Below, in pieces: positions 25,767 to 35,309 of a stretch of DNA of 51,358 bases; position 1 is the first letter of the stretch; each line of letters starts with the position of its first letter. The notes beneath the pieces are model-generated. The model had not been told where the DNA came from. It saw nothing but the letters and a program-made list of their open reading frames with translations, and did not search any database. This DNA comes from a virus (taxonomy: Duplodnaviria; Caudoviricetes): the IMG/VR virus record IMGVR_UViG_3300017909_002098, positions 1 through 51,358 of that record. One strand, written 5' to 3'. Position numbers and translations under genes: made by a program.

Positions 25767-25949
25767 TTAAAATGTTGGGTCATACAAAATTCCTTTTTTC
25801 TGCAATTTTTCATAATATTGCACTTCTTTACGCAAATAAGATATAGTATCAACACTCTTACCCTCCCATTCTGCGTCTGATAATTTAAGTCTATATTTTC
25901 GCAGCTCATCTGCTACTGTCTTTATTTTAACATCCATCAAACTACACAT
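25767..25949 (-). CDS. Hypothetical protein
   Basis: Probable start MCSLMD at 25949 behind GGAGG; C-terminal YDPTF. Confidence 0.55.
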   Translation of the reverse strand: MCSLMDVKIKTVADELRKYRLKLSDAEWEGKSVDTISYLRKEVQYYEKLQKKGILYDPTF

Positions 25950-25962
25950 ATTAACCTCCCTA

Positions 25963-26835
25963 TTAATCGTGACAAAAACAAGCATCATCGGACTTATCAA
26001 ACTCAAACAAGTCCAATTGATTTTTACTAATTTCCAACATGGTTTTGTAATCAGGTCTATCGTGTCTAAATACAAAACCATCTTTTGATTTGTTACCCAA
26101 TTGTTTTTTTTCTTGATCTATCCACCATTGTGCTTTTTCTGGGTAGTTCTTCATAATATTCATAATAGTGTTCTTGCCTTTTAAAAAACATAAATCACAA
26201 TTACCCAAAGGTGTTTTACCATTGATGCCTGGTAATTTAAGATCAAAGTTATTATTTTTCCAAAACTCAGCTACGTGTTTAACTGTCTTCTTTTCTATAT
26301 GTAATGGTGCTTCGCTATCCCATCTCTCTTTTTCTTTTGCTCTTCTTAATCTTGCTACCCTATGTGGTTCGTCATATCGTAAACCAACATAATTTACCCA
26401 ATACTTATGTCCTCTTGACAACATAAAATCTTTCATAACTTTTATTTTTAGTTCTGAAGTACAGTATCTTGTTACTGGGTTTGGTAAAAATTTTCTTTTG
26501 TTTATTAGTTTATCGTAGGGTTCCCCGTTTCGTGATGCGGAGTTGTGGTTTACTTCTCTAAATTTATTTGTTTCATCCCACTCAACCCAATCTATCTTTA
26601 CATTCCAATTTATCTCACAATCACGAACAAAATCTAATGTGGCATTCATCTCTTTACCAGTATTAGAAAATACTATGTGTACATCTTTTGGTAACTTACC
26701 ATCATAAAAATCTAGTATTTGATGCAACATATATCCTGACGTTCTACCACCAGAAAAACTAATGCAGCCCGGAGTGTCTAAGTCGAAACCTGACACTCTA
26801 TCAGTTCTGCGTATGAGTTCTTTAGCTTTCGTCAT
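25963..26835 (-). CDS. PAPS-reductase-family (PP-loop) protein
   Basis: ISFSGGRTS, FSNTGKE, RYCTSELK, VGLRYDE..R, GNCDLC, CFC; start moved to ATG 26835. Confidence 0.88.
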   Translation of the reverse strand: MTKAKELIRRTDRVSGFDLDTPGCISFSGGRTSGYMLHQILDFYDGKLPKDVHIVFSNTGKEMNATLDFVRDCEINWNVKIDWVEWDETNKFREVNHNSASRNGEPYDKLINKRKFLPNPVTRYCTSELKIKVMKDFMLSRGHKYWVNYVGLRYDEPHRVARLRRAKEKERWDSEAPLHIEKKTVKHVAEFWKNNNFDLKLPGINGKTPLGNCDLCFLKGKNTIMNIMKNYPEKAQWWIDQEKKQLGNKSKDGFVFRHDRPDYKTMLEISKNQLDLFEFDKSDDACFCHD

Positions 26836-27145
26836 GTCCGAATGCTTCCCTTGCCATCCTTTCACCTTCTTCTTCATAGTAAGAATTTGATTCAATAGTT
26901 TGCAACTTTAATTTAATTAAATTTATTGCATCTATCTCATCAAACATTGGTATTTTATGATCAACGTCATATCTATCTATATATAAACTTTGTAAATCTT
27001 TAATAACCTCTTTATGTGAATCGGGATCGTCTGTAGGATTACCTTTGTAATCAATAGGGTGTACCTTATCTAATATCTCAGTTAGATCTTCTATAAACTG
27101 TTTAAATGTTTTTACTCTATATGAGCCTGTATCGTCTTTTGGCAT
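26822..27145 (-). CDS. Acidic hypothetical protein
   Basis: 107 aa; GGAG RBS; first gene after the promoter at 27244. Confidence 0.7.
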   Translation of the reverse strand: MPKDDTGSYRVKTFKQFIEDLTEILDKVHPIDYKGNPTDDPDSHKEVIKDLQSLYIDRYDVDHKIPMFDEIDAINLIKLKLQTIESNSYYEEEGERMAREAFGHDES

Positions 27146-27215
27146 TTTATCTCTCCATTATGTTATGTGGGTGGCTGTGATTAGTATGTTAAAAAAGAGT
27201 ACCACCCACTATTAT

Positions 27216-27280
27216 AATGTAAGGTATTTTATCGGATAATACAAGGGGTTATTGACATATAAGGGTAATTAACCTAATTT
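27216..27280. promoter_or_regulatory. Back-to-back divergent promoters with TTATCGGATAA operator
   Basis: Minus: TTGTAT-17-TACATT with palindrome 27229-27239. Plus: TTGACA(27252)-17-TAATTT. Confidence 0.7.
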
Positions 27281-27297
27281 ATAGGTAAGAGGTTGTT

Positions 27298-27480
27298 ATG
27301 ACTGATTTATTAAATGCAAAGGTAGAGTTAGAACATTTGTGGAATCATATGTACAAAAAGCACGGTGTGTATACTAATGAGATGGTATATGTAGATAAAG
27401 CTATAAATAATTTAAAGAAAAAAATTATTGTGCACGATCAAGAACAAATGAAAAAACGATACCACAATTATACTAAGTAG
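27298..27480 (+). CDS. Small helical protein on the opposite strand
   Basis: 60 aa; GAGG RBS; own TTGACA promoter; converges on polA with an 8-nt overlap. Confidence 0.7.
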   Translation: MTDLLNAKVELEHLWNHMYKKHGVYTNEMVYVDKAINNLKKKIIVHDQEQMKKRYHNYTK

Positions 27481-29347
27481 CTTCTCCAAAGTTTTTACCA
27501 AGAGCTACGTCAACAACACTCGGAACATTGAGCTCCATACAATTTTCCATGACAGCTGTAATTTCCTTTATTTGCTTTTCATCAGCTACATTAAAACATA
27601 ATTCATCGTGTATTTGTAAAATAGGTATCTCATTAAGTTTTTCTTTACAAGCAACAATTGCTGCTTTCGTTTGATCAGCTGCACTACCTTGTATGAGTCT
27701 ATTAAGTGCTTTGTATGTATAACATCTCTTGATATTATTTCTACCATATTTTGCTACAGCATTCTCAAACTTCTCTGGTGTGTATACTCCAAAGTCTTTT
27801 GGCTCCCACATATTAAATCTACACTTTCTACCTTTCTTAGTTCTTATGACACCAGTTTCATTTGCTTTACGCATACAACGATCTGAAAGCTGCTTAACAA
27901 AAGGCACTTTGGTATTATATTTATTAATTAAAGCTATAGCCTCTTCATATTCTAAACCAAGCATATTAGATAGTTTGTGTTTACCCATACCATACATCAA
28001 ACCAAGTCCAATTGTTTTTGCTTGCTTACGCCCTATACCACAAATATCAGCTACTGTTTGATGAAAGTCTGCATCTGCATTTGCATAAGCTTCAACAAGT
28101 TCCTGGCTACCTTCATACCCTTCACCGATACTACTAGCATAATGAACCACCAATCTAGGTTCCTGTTGTGAGTAATCGAAACTACCCCATTGACATTTTT
28201 CTTCTGGTAAAAACAAACCTCTAATCAATGGACCAAACTCTTTGCTGCGAGCAGGTAGTTGTTGTAAGTTAGGGTTAGACATAGATAGCCTACCAGAAAC
28301 TGTTCCTCCAGTATCAGATCGTAATTGATTTATCTCACCATAAATACGACCATTATGTTCATATTTTAATATGCTTGATATAAAAGTATTATGAAATTTA
28401 TTTATCTCTCTGGCTTGTACGATTAATTTACTAAACTCGTGTTCATTGTTTATTAACCAATTTTGTGTAAAACTAGGTTCACCAGATTTTTCTGTTCTTG
28501 GATATTCTACATTTAATTTATCGTATGCCCAGGCAACTTGACGAGCTGCCCATATGTCAATATCTTTTCCAACTAAATTTTTTATTTTTACTAACAAATC
28601 TTTTTCTCTGTTGACAAAGTCTTTTTGTAAGCCGTGAGCTTTTGCAGCATCAACTCTTACACCTCTCCAGCGCATATCAATTAGTATTGGAAGTAAATCT
28701 CTTTCTAACTCCCAAACTGTATTTAAACTTTCTTTGTTTAGTATATGCTTAAACTGTTGCCATAAAAGATACGTCAATCGTGCATCTTGCTCCGCATAAT
28801 GTCCGACATGTTCAGCTGGCAACTTCCACATCTCTGCTTTCGGATCAACACCAAATGCTTTTGCTGCTTCAACTAAATCTGTTTCTGCTTTTATTTCACC
28901 AAGATAATCTTTTGCTAAACTATTTAATCTGTAAGAGTACCTGTTCTCATCAATCAATGCACCAGCAACCATTGTATCCACAATCTCGCCTTTGACTTCA
29001 ATACCATATGCTCTTAACCAACCCACATCATACTGAGCATTGTGAAATATTTTACGACAAGGTAAAGCACAAATGTCTTGCATATATTTTAACACTTGTT
29101 CTTTAATTAAATTACCACCACCAAAATGTTCCATAGGGTAATAACCTTCCCAACCCTCAGTAGCTACAGCAAAACCAACTATTTTTCCTTTACTCATAGC
29201 CCAGCCAGCACCTAAACCTTCGTTGATGCCATCATCTCTTGTTTCAAGATCTATTGCGATCTCTTTTGCATCTGTTAAATCCTTATAATCTACTGGTGCA
29301 GACCAAATATTCTTCTTATAGTTAAAAACTAGCTGTAAATTAGTCAT
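27473..29347 (-). CDS. polA: DNA polymerase family A with 3'-5' exonuclease
   Basis: Exo motifs DLET, HNAQYD, YAEQD; pol motif A DYSQQEPR, B RKQAKTIGLGLMYG, C IHDEL; probable start ATG 29347. Confidence 0.95.
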   Translation of the reverse strand: MTNLQLVFNYKKNIWSAPVDYKDLTDAKEIAIDLETRDDGINEGLGAGWAMSKGKIVGFAVATEGWEGYYPMEHFGGGNLIKEQVLKYMQDICALPCRKIFHNAQYDVGWLRAYGIEVKGEIVDTMVAGALIDENRYSYRLNSLAKDYLGEIKAETDLVEAAKAFGVDPKAEMWKLPAEHVGHYAEQDARLTYLLWQQFKHILNKESLNTVWELERDLLPILIDMRWRGVRVDAAKAHGLQKDFVNREKDLLVKIKNLVGKDIDIWAARQVAWAYDKLNVEYPRTEKSGEPSFTQNWLINNEHEFSKLIVQAREINKFHNTFISSILKYEHNGRIYGEINQLRSDTGGTVSGRLSMSNPNLQQLPARSKEFGPLIRGLFLPEEKCQWGSFDYSQQEPRLVVHYASSIGEGYEGSQELVEAYANADADFHQTVADICGIGRKQAKTIGLGLMYGMGKHKLSNMLGLEYEEAIALINKYNTKVPFVKQLSDRCMRKANETGVIRTKKGRKCRFNMWEPKDFGVYTPEKFENAVAKYGRNNIKRCYTYKALNRLIQGSAADQTKAAIVACKEKLNEIPILQIHDELCFNVADEKQIKEITAVMENCMELNVPSVVDVALGKNFGEAT

Positions 29348-29449
29348 GTAACCCCCTGTCAGCTTGACTTTCAAATAAAAACCCGTTTAAATGACCACTG
29401 AGTGCCTGTAAAAATGTTTTGCTTATGATTCTACCTTGGTTTATCACCT

Positions 29450-29740
29450 TCAAACATCTCTTTTTATTATTTTCATAGATTCTTCTTCTGTTTTGTTTAC
29501 AACTATTTGTAATAATAAATTCGTAGCTACAAAAGGGTCTGGACAATGCTTAAAAGTTTGCTCACAAAAGTAAAAGCCTAAAACTTTTATCATATTATGT
29601 GGTGACACCTCCGACTCTATATTCTTCATTGCTTTTATTATTGCTTTTCGAACAATAAGCATTTCATCTAATTCTTTTTTATTCTCTTCGTTTTTTTTAT
29701 TATTAAATAAATAAACTAATTTATTATCGTCTTTATTCAT
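29450..29740 (-). CDS. Hypothetical protein
   Basis: 96 aa; GGAG RBS; coupled to the upstream gene. Confidence 0.6.
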   Translation of the reverse strand: MNKDDNKLVYLFNNKKNEENKKELDEMLIVRKAIIKAMKNIESEVSPHNMIKVLGFYFCEQTFKHCPDPFVATNLLLQIVVNKTEEESMKIIKRDV

Positions 29741-29945
29741 AATCTCTCTCCATAATCATTTCTAAGTAATGTATTGCCTTTTTAATATCATCAGCCCTAC
29801 CTTTATCCTGATGACGACATACATATTTAATTACATTACCCTCTGCAAACAATAATTTATTTTTATTAATAAATTGTGAAGGTTGTATTTTAAAATTTTG
29901 GTAATGTGGACTGCCCTTTGCCCACAAGCTGTTTTTCTTTTTCAT
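29733..29945 (-). CDS. DUF3310-like protein
   Basis: HY...IQP...GNVIKYVCR...KG...DIKKAIHYLE; GGAGG RBS. Confidence 0.8.
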   Translation of the reverse strand: MKKKNSLWAKGSPHYQNFKIQPSQFINKNKLLFAEGNVIKYVCRHQDKGRADDIKKAIHYLEMIMERDYE

Positions 29946-30063
29946 GTTCCTCCTTTGTTTTTAGTACAAAACCATCTCTAAGTAAATCAAATAATTTGTG
30001 TTCTACCTCTGCCTTTGTCGGTCTCGTTTTAAATTCCATTGTTAAATTAATTTTATAAGCCAT
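29890..30063 (-). CDS. 57-aa hypothetical protein (below cutoff)
   Basis: Hand translation MAYKINLTMEFKTRPTKAEVEHKLFDLLRDG...; AGGA RBS; fills the gap. Confidence 0.5.
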   Translation of the reverse strand: MAYKINLTMEFKTRPTKAEVEHKLFDLLRDGFVLKTKEEHEKEKQLVGKGQSTLPKF

Positions 30064-30071
30064 TTTTTTTC

Positions 30072-30740
30072 CTAGTTTGGTAAATCACAATATGCTCTAG
30101 GTATACCTAACATTGGTCTACCATCGTATTTATTATCTTTAGCTGCTTTATTATTTTTATCATTATAATGAAAAAAAACTTGCCCACAAAGGTTGCCAGT
30201 AAACTTTTCTCTCCAATGTTCACATAAGTTTCCTTTATATATCATCATATCACCAGGTTTTAGTAATACCTTAACACCTTTAGAGCCACCATCACGATAA
30301 ATTAGTGCATTACCTTCTTGTTTATACCCTCCTAGCATAGTGTTTGGTTCTATGTATATTGCCCATTCATCTCCACCCAAATTCAGTGTAGTTGATATTT
30401 CACAACTAAACCGATCCTTGTGACGCTCTAAAATATTACCTTTAATATATAACCTTGCGTAAGAATAATTAGGAACTAACTTTTTATTTATTTCCTTTTC
30501 TACAAATTTTGTGCAAGATTGTAATAGAGTTTCCGTAAGCATATCACCATAAACAGCAAAAGCTCCCTCTGCTTGTTCGTCTTGAAAGAATCCCCAATCG
30601 TCTGAATTTACTTTATTATTGTCCCATAACCACTTCGATACTTTTGATTTGTTTTTCAAATAATTATATACGAACTCACAAGTCATTGGATCTATTGCTT
30701 TTTCAACAACACAATAATTATTAACATCAAATTTATTCAT
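30072..30740 (-). CDS. 2OG-Fe(II) oxygenase
   Basis: YSYARLY...LERHKDR...HWRE...QVFFHY (HxD...H). Confidence 0.85.
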   Translation of the reverse strand: MNKFDVNNYCVVEKAIDPMTCEFVYNYLKNKSKVSKWLWDNNKVNSDDWGFFQDEQAEGAFAVYGDMLTETLLQSCTKFVEKEINKKLVPNYSYARLYIKGNILERHKDRFSCEISTTLNLGGDEWAIYIEPNTMLGGYKQEGNALIYRDGGSKGVKVLLKPGDMMIYKGNLCEHWREKFTGNLCGQVFFHYNDKNNKAAKDNKYDGRPMLGIPRAYCDLPN

Positions 30741-32371
30741 TTTCTCTCCTGTAAATATATAAAATAATCTTTGCCAATAGGATAATTATACCTATAATCA
30801 CTTGATAATATGTGTAAAGTATCTCTGGCTCTCGTGGCTCCTGTATAATAAACTCTCTTCTCATCGCTCTTGTCACTTGCATCTTTTTTATTTGCAAATG
30901 AAGCAGGCCAATTAGTTTTAGAATATAATAAAACATTATTTGCTTCACCACCTTTGACACTATGTATGGTATCAATAATTATTTGAGGCTCTTCATTTAA
31001 AGTTTTTTGTCCATAGCGTTGTAATAATCTTAAAAAATATTCTGTCTGACTTGGTGTAAAGTTTCTTTGTAAGATCTCCCACCAATTCTTCGTTGCTGCT
31101 TCATCATTTAAATTCAAACCACACCAATCACATAGTCCATCAAAATCATATTTTTGTGTATCTGGTAGATCCACCCAAAATCCTGTGCGCCTGTAGCTAT
31201 GATCCTTCACTTCTCTTATATACTTCATCATATTTTCAGCCTCTTGTTTAGATACATCTCCACCTTTCGCTACCCTAGTCCAAGCCTTGATAGCTCTCCA
31301 TTGTTTTGTATCAAATGACTTATTTCCTCTGTTATCAGCAAAGTACAATCCAGCATCTTTTGCACAAGCTCTAAGTTCATTAACTGTTGTATTTACTCTA
31401 CCTAATATATACCAAGTACCTGGTAATTCAGCTATCGGTATCTCAGCAAAGTTTAGGTATCTTTTTACATAACCATCTTTATCTGTATGCTGATAGTCTT
31501 TTTCTATACTATCTAAAATACCTCTTCTAATAATTTGACTAAAATGATGTATGGCTTCACCAAACCTTCTTGTTTTTCTCAATATAACTTTACGCCCTGG
31601 AAAATATTTTGTGAAGTATTTAGGATCACTACCATTAAATTTATATATACCTTGGTCATCATCACCAGCAAGATAAACTCTCTCTGCACTTTGAGCTAAC
31701 TTATACAACACACTCCATTGCAAAGGTGTAAAGTCTTGAGCTTCATCTAATATTAATACTTTAAGTTTGGGAAAGTCTACTTCGTCAATAGTGCGTTCAA
31801 TCATATCTGTAAAGTCTATGAAGCTATCTTTTTTGTAATGCTTGTAGGTGTCAATCTTTCTTAAATAAACATCCAGGCTATCTAGTTTATGTTGTTCTCT
31901 TTTGTATGTAACAATCGGATCTTGCATCATATTTCTTGACTTGTCGTACACACCTAATGACCAATCTTTATAAGTAAAGTTATCATCAGATAATCTTTGA
32001 TCTGACGTTTTTAATATTTTAGCTTGAAGTGCATAATCTAACATACAGGCCTTAGGATCAAAAACTTCTTCCTCAAAGTATCTTCTACAAAACTTATGTA
32101 GTGTTTTGAATCTTGCAAAGTCATCACTGTCATATTGTGGAAAAGCTTTCATAGTTCTTTCAATAGCTGTGTTTACTGCTTTGTTGGTAAAAGATATAAA
32201 AGCTATTTCTATTGGCTTTACACCTCTGGCTATATGATTCTTCAATACTCTTTCAACTAAAGTATGTGTTTTACCTGTACCAGGTGGTCCAAATATCTTA
32301 ATCGTCTTTTTGTACAGAGCCCTGTGTCTTTGCAGCTCTGAATTTTGTGTGGTATTCGTCATCCATCTCAC
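30737..32371 (-). CDS. Superfamily 1 (UvrD/Rep-like) helicase
   Basis: GPPGTGKT, DEAQD, GDDDQGIY, TIHSVKGGE, YTGATRA. Confidence 0.92.
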   Translation of the reverse strand: MRWMTNTTQNSELQRHRALYKKTIKIFGPPGTGKTHTLVERVLKNHIARGVKPIEIAFISFTNKAVNTAIERTMKAFPQYDSDDFARFKTLHKFCRRYFEEEVFDPKACMLDYALQAKILKTSDQRLSDDNFTYKDWSLGVYDKSRNMMQDPIVTYKREQHKLDSLDVYLRKIDTYKHYKKDSFIDFTDMIERTIDEVDFPKLKVLILDEAQDFTPLQWSVLYKLAQSAERVYLAGDDDQGIYKFNGSDPKYFTKYFPGRKVILRKTRRFGEAIHHFSQIIRRGILDSIEKDYQHTDKDGYVKRYLNFAEIPIAELPGTWYILGRVNTTVNELRACAKDAGLYFADNRGNKSFDTKQWRAIKAWTRVAKGGDVSKQEAENMMKYIREVKDHSYRRTGFWVDLPDTQKYDFDGLCDWCGLNLNDEAATKNWWEILQRNFTPSQTEYFLRLLQRYGQKTLNEEPQIIIDTIHSVKGGEANNVLLYSKTNWPASFANKKDASDKSDEKRVYYTGATRARDTLHILSSDYRYNYPIGKDYFIYLQERK

Positions 32372-33881
32372 TCATTTCTTTATCATTTTCTTTTTTCTTA
32401 ACTGTTTTATGTTTTACGAACTCAGGCATCTCTACAGTCCATACGTTCTTTTCTCCTTCGTGGTAGTCTATTCGTTTACAATCTAATAAATTAAGTGCTG
32501 CCATAGGATTAGTAAAACTTTTTGTACCACTTTTTTGTAAAAAGTTTGCTAATGTTATCTTCTTAAAATAACATATATTTGTATTACTATCTAGAACCAC
32601 ATAACCATCTTTAAGTTTTTCAAACCTATCTTGTTCTATGTGACTTTCAAAAAACTTCTTCAATACTTCATATCTCTCTTCTTCAAGACTATCCTCATAC
32701 TTATGATCTGTACTCTCTACAGACTTCTCTACAATTGCTTTCATTAATAATTCAAACAAGGGTGGTCCTTTTCTTGTTTTTGGTAATGTAAGCCAGAACA
32801 CTCTATATCTTAATAATTTGACTCTCCAACTTTTTTCATCTTTCATATCATCTGGTGTGACTGTAATATGCTGACCCTCATAATCAAATTCAAACCATAC
32901 ATTTTTTGTATCTTGCACATACGTTATGTCAGTAAACTTATCTATGATACTAGGTGTTTCTTCACCTCTCCCTAATTTTCTTGTTTTACATATTTCATAA
33001 TTACATATCGGTTGATACTCATTATGTTTTGGAGGACACTGATAACCATATCCTTCTTTGTGTATGCTCTTTGTAATTTGTTGTACTTCTGTTGCTGGTA
33101 ATGGACTATGAAATATAGTTCTATTTCTTTCTTGCATAATTTGTTCTAAATCCACATAGTTTATTCCAGGTCTTTTTCTCATCTCTAACACAGTTACATT
33201 ATATAAATACTGATGTCTGTTTTTACCTGCCCATCTATCTTGTACTAATTTTTGCACACAGGGTGGATAGTGTTTCCAATCTCTTTCTACTTCATAATCT
33301 TCTATCTTATAATTTAAAAAATCTTTTGGAGATATAGCTTTGCTCTTTACTATATCTAAAAACTGACCAACTAATACAGGTGTTCCATTATCATTGTAAG
33401 CGAACTCCATAGTTGCATTCATATTAAAGTAAGGCATATTAATTGTTTTATTACACGGATAAATTTCATTCGCCATAAAATATTGTTCGTTAAATTCTTG
33501 TAGTTTTGCTCTTACTTTATCTATCTTTATCGAGTTGGTAAAAAACACAAAAAAGTGTAGACCTCCAGACTTAGACAACACAGGCACAAAAGGTAGATTA
33601 TATTTTCTAATAATATCAATATACTTTTGAGCAGAATAATTTTTATAATCAACAGGATCTAAATCTATACAACTCCATAGACATTCATCCCCAAACTCTG
33701 GTTTTAAACCAATACCATACTTACCATCTAAATGATCTTCCCATATCTTTGGTGTGACTGGCTCGTGTTTCGTGACATATTTTGCTTCTTTCTTGCCACT
33801 TGTATCGCTCTCTCCCGTAAGAGAGAGCTTTACAAATGACTTTTCGCTAGTAGCAAAAAGCTTATACAATTGTTCGTGCAT
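32298..33881 (-). CDS. Primase/prim-pol (AEP-like) with PriCT-like region
   Basis: IDLD, SKSGGLH, PPC...RHQYLYNV and C-terminal Cys cluster; replication module context. Confidence 0.75.
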   Translation of the reverse strand: MHEQLYKLFATSEKSFVKLSLTGESDTSGKKEAKYVTKHEPVTPKIWEDHLDGKYGIGLKPEFGDECLWSCIDLDPVDYKNYSAQKYIDIIRKYNLPFVPVLSKSGGLHFFVFFTNSIKIDKVRAKLQEFNEQYFMANEIYPCNKTINMPYFNMNATMEFAYNDNGTPVLVGQFLDIVKSKAISPKDFLNYKIEDYEVERDWKHYPPCVQKLVQDRWAGKNRHQYLYNVTVLEMRKRPGINYVDLEQIMQERNRTIFHSPLPATEVQQITKSIHKEGYGYQCPPKHNEYQPICNYEICKTRKLGRGEETPSIIDKFTDITYVQDTKNVWFEFDYEGQHITVTPDDMKDEKSWRVKLLRYRVFWLTLPKTRKGPPLFELLMKAIVEKSVESTDHKYEDSLEEERYEVLKKFFESHIEQDRFEKLKDGYVVLDSNTNICYFKKITLANFLQKSGTKSFTNPMAALNLLDCKRIDYHEGEKNVWTVEMPEFVKHKTVKKKENDKEMSEMDDEYHTKFRAAKTQGSVQKDD

Positions 33882-34663
33882 TAGAATGGAACTTTGTCGC
33901 TACTTTTAGCAGTATTCATCTCACCACCTTCTTCAGAACTTGATTCATAATACAAGTTAAAATCTTTAGCAAGATGAGCAAAAGCTTTTGTTTGATCTAC
34001 TGTAGACTGTTTAGTCAAGTATCCTTCAAACTTTATTTGCCAACCAAAAAATTTATATTTTCCAGACTCTTGTCTAGTAGTATTTAATCTGTACACATTT
34101 AAATAAAATGGTGGTATCTGAGCTTTTCCTTCAACCATAACTGTTTTTGATTTTAGTTTTTGTAACCATTCATTACTCTTTTTCTTTTGAGTAGACTTCA
34201 TAGTTATCATACCTTGATCAATAATATTTTCATCTTTATCAATGACCATTACAAACCAGTTACCTGTATCCTCTACATAATTACCATTAGGCAATATATC
34301 TTTATTACCACTTCTGGTAAGACCAAGAGGTTTATCTTTATGAACTGCAACAGGTCTATTATTACCCTCCTGCATTTCTTTCCATTCATTAAAACTTCTT
34401 TTATAGTAAACAGGCACCACTTTAAATCCCTCTTTACCATCGTAAGCTTTCTCACTTGTTTGGTTAAATATACAACCTTCACTTACAGGTGTGCCACTTA
34501 CTGTAGTTTCAATGTCAGGCATATTACTAGAGTATAGAATTTTAATAAGAGGAAGTTTAAACTCATCCTCCGATGCTTGTTCCATACCTAGCCCAGCATC
34601 CTCTATCCAACTACTACTTGCTATGGATAGTTCGTTCTTATTTTTTACCGCTACTTTGTTCAT
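33881..34663 (-). CDS. Putative single-stranded DNA-binding protein
   Basis: Acidic tail ending DKVPF; MKSTQKKKS motif; upstream of primase. Confidence 0.6.
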   Translation of the reverse strand: MNKVAVKNKNELSIASSSWIEDAGLGMEQASEDEFKLPLIKILYSSNMPDIETTVSGTPVSEGCIFNQTSEKAYDGKEGFKVVPVYYKRSFNEWKEMQEGNNRPVAVHKDKPLGLTRSGNKDILPNGNYVEDTGNWFVMVIDKDENIIDQGMITMKSTQKKKSNEWLQKLKSKTVMVEGKAQIPPFYLNVYRLNTTRQESGKYKFFGWQIKFEGYLTKQSTVDQTKAFAHLAKDFNLYYESSSEEGGEMNTAKSSDKVPF

Positions 34664-35241
34664 GTTTCTTTCCTTTCAATTTTAGTTTCGGTTTTCAAAA
34701 AAACATTAAATAACTCATCATTAAATTCTTTGTTATCTTTTTTCAGTACATTTATATGTGCCTTTAAAGATGCAGCATTTACTGACGGCTCTAATGTTAC
34801 GGGGTGTCCCTTGTTTTCTAAATCAGACTTTAAAGACTTTGCTTCATTATCCTGTCCTTTAGAAAATACAATAGACAGCTCGTTCTTTATGAGAGAGTCG
34901 TGACCATTGTTAGATAAGTAATCAAGACATTGTTGTCTTCTCTCAGCTAACTCTGGTTTCCTCATCGAAGCTTTTAATGTTGGTATATAACCAGTATAAA
35001 AACTTTTTACTTTAAGTTTTACTCCCTCTGTTGTGACAAATTCTTGCATACCCATATCTTTCATTTTAGTGGGTATATCCACTTCAGATATTTGTCTTTG
35101 TTGTTGTTTTAATGTAGATAGAGCAGACTCTAAATCTTCGATTGCTTTCTCATTTTTAAGTAAGTCGGCAGCTAAAGAACTTAGCTCTTTTAGTTGATCA
35201 TCCGCTACATTAACTTCTAGTTTAACTTCTTCTTGTTTCAT
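34660..35241 (-). CDS. Conserved replication-module protein
   Basis: Coiled-coil N-terminus; first gene of the replication operon; GGAGG RBS. Confidence 0.7.
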   Translation of the reverse strand: MKQEEVKLEVNVADDQLKELSSLAADLLKNEKAIEDLESALSTLKQQQRQISEVDIPTKMKDMGMQEFVTTEGVKLKVKSFYTGYIPTLKASMRKPELAERRQQCLDYLSNNGHDSLIKNELSIVFSKGQDNEAKSLKSDLENKGHPVTLEPSVNAASLKAHINVLKKDNKEFNDELFNVFLKTETKIERKET

Positions 35242-35262
35242 GTTTACCTCCGTTGATTTTTT

Positions 35263-35308
35263 AAGATAGAATTTTATACTTGTAAAGTCAACAAAAAAAT
35301 CCTAGAAT
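35263..35308. promoter_or_regulatory. Overlapping divergent promoters
   Basis: Minus TTGACT(35291)-17-TATCTT; plus TTGTAA(35280)-17-TAGAAT(35303-35308). Confidence 0.7.
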
Positions 35309-35309
35309 T

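Noticed and set aside
27473-29347. HMO-2011-type polymerase with a DnaJ zinc-finger insertion, or an intein/intron
   Set aside because: No CxxCxGxG repeats or splice motifs; the length fits exonuclease plus polymerase only.
29733-30740. Z-genome or 7-deazaguanine DNA modification pathway
   Set aside because: No purZ, queC/D/E, folE or dpdA recognisable; DUF3310 and one oxygenase are not sufficient.
32298-32371. Programmed frameshift fusing primase and helicase
   Set aside because: The overlap has usable ATGs and each ORF looks complete; no convincing slippery site plus structure was identified.
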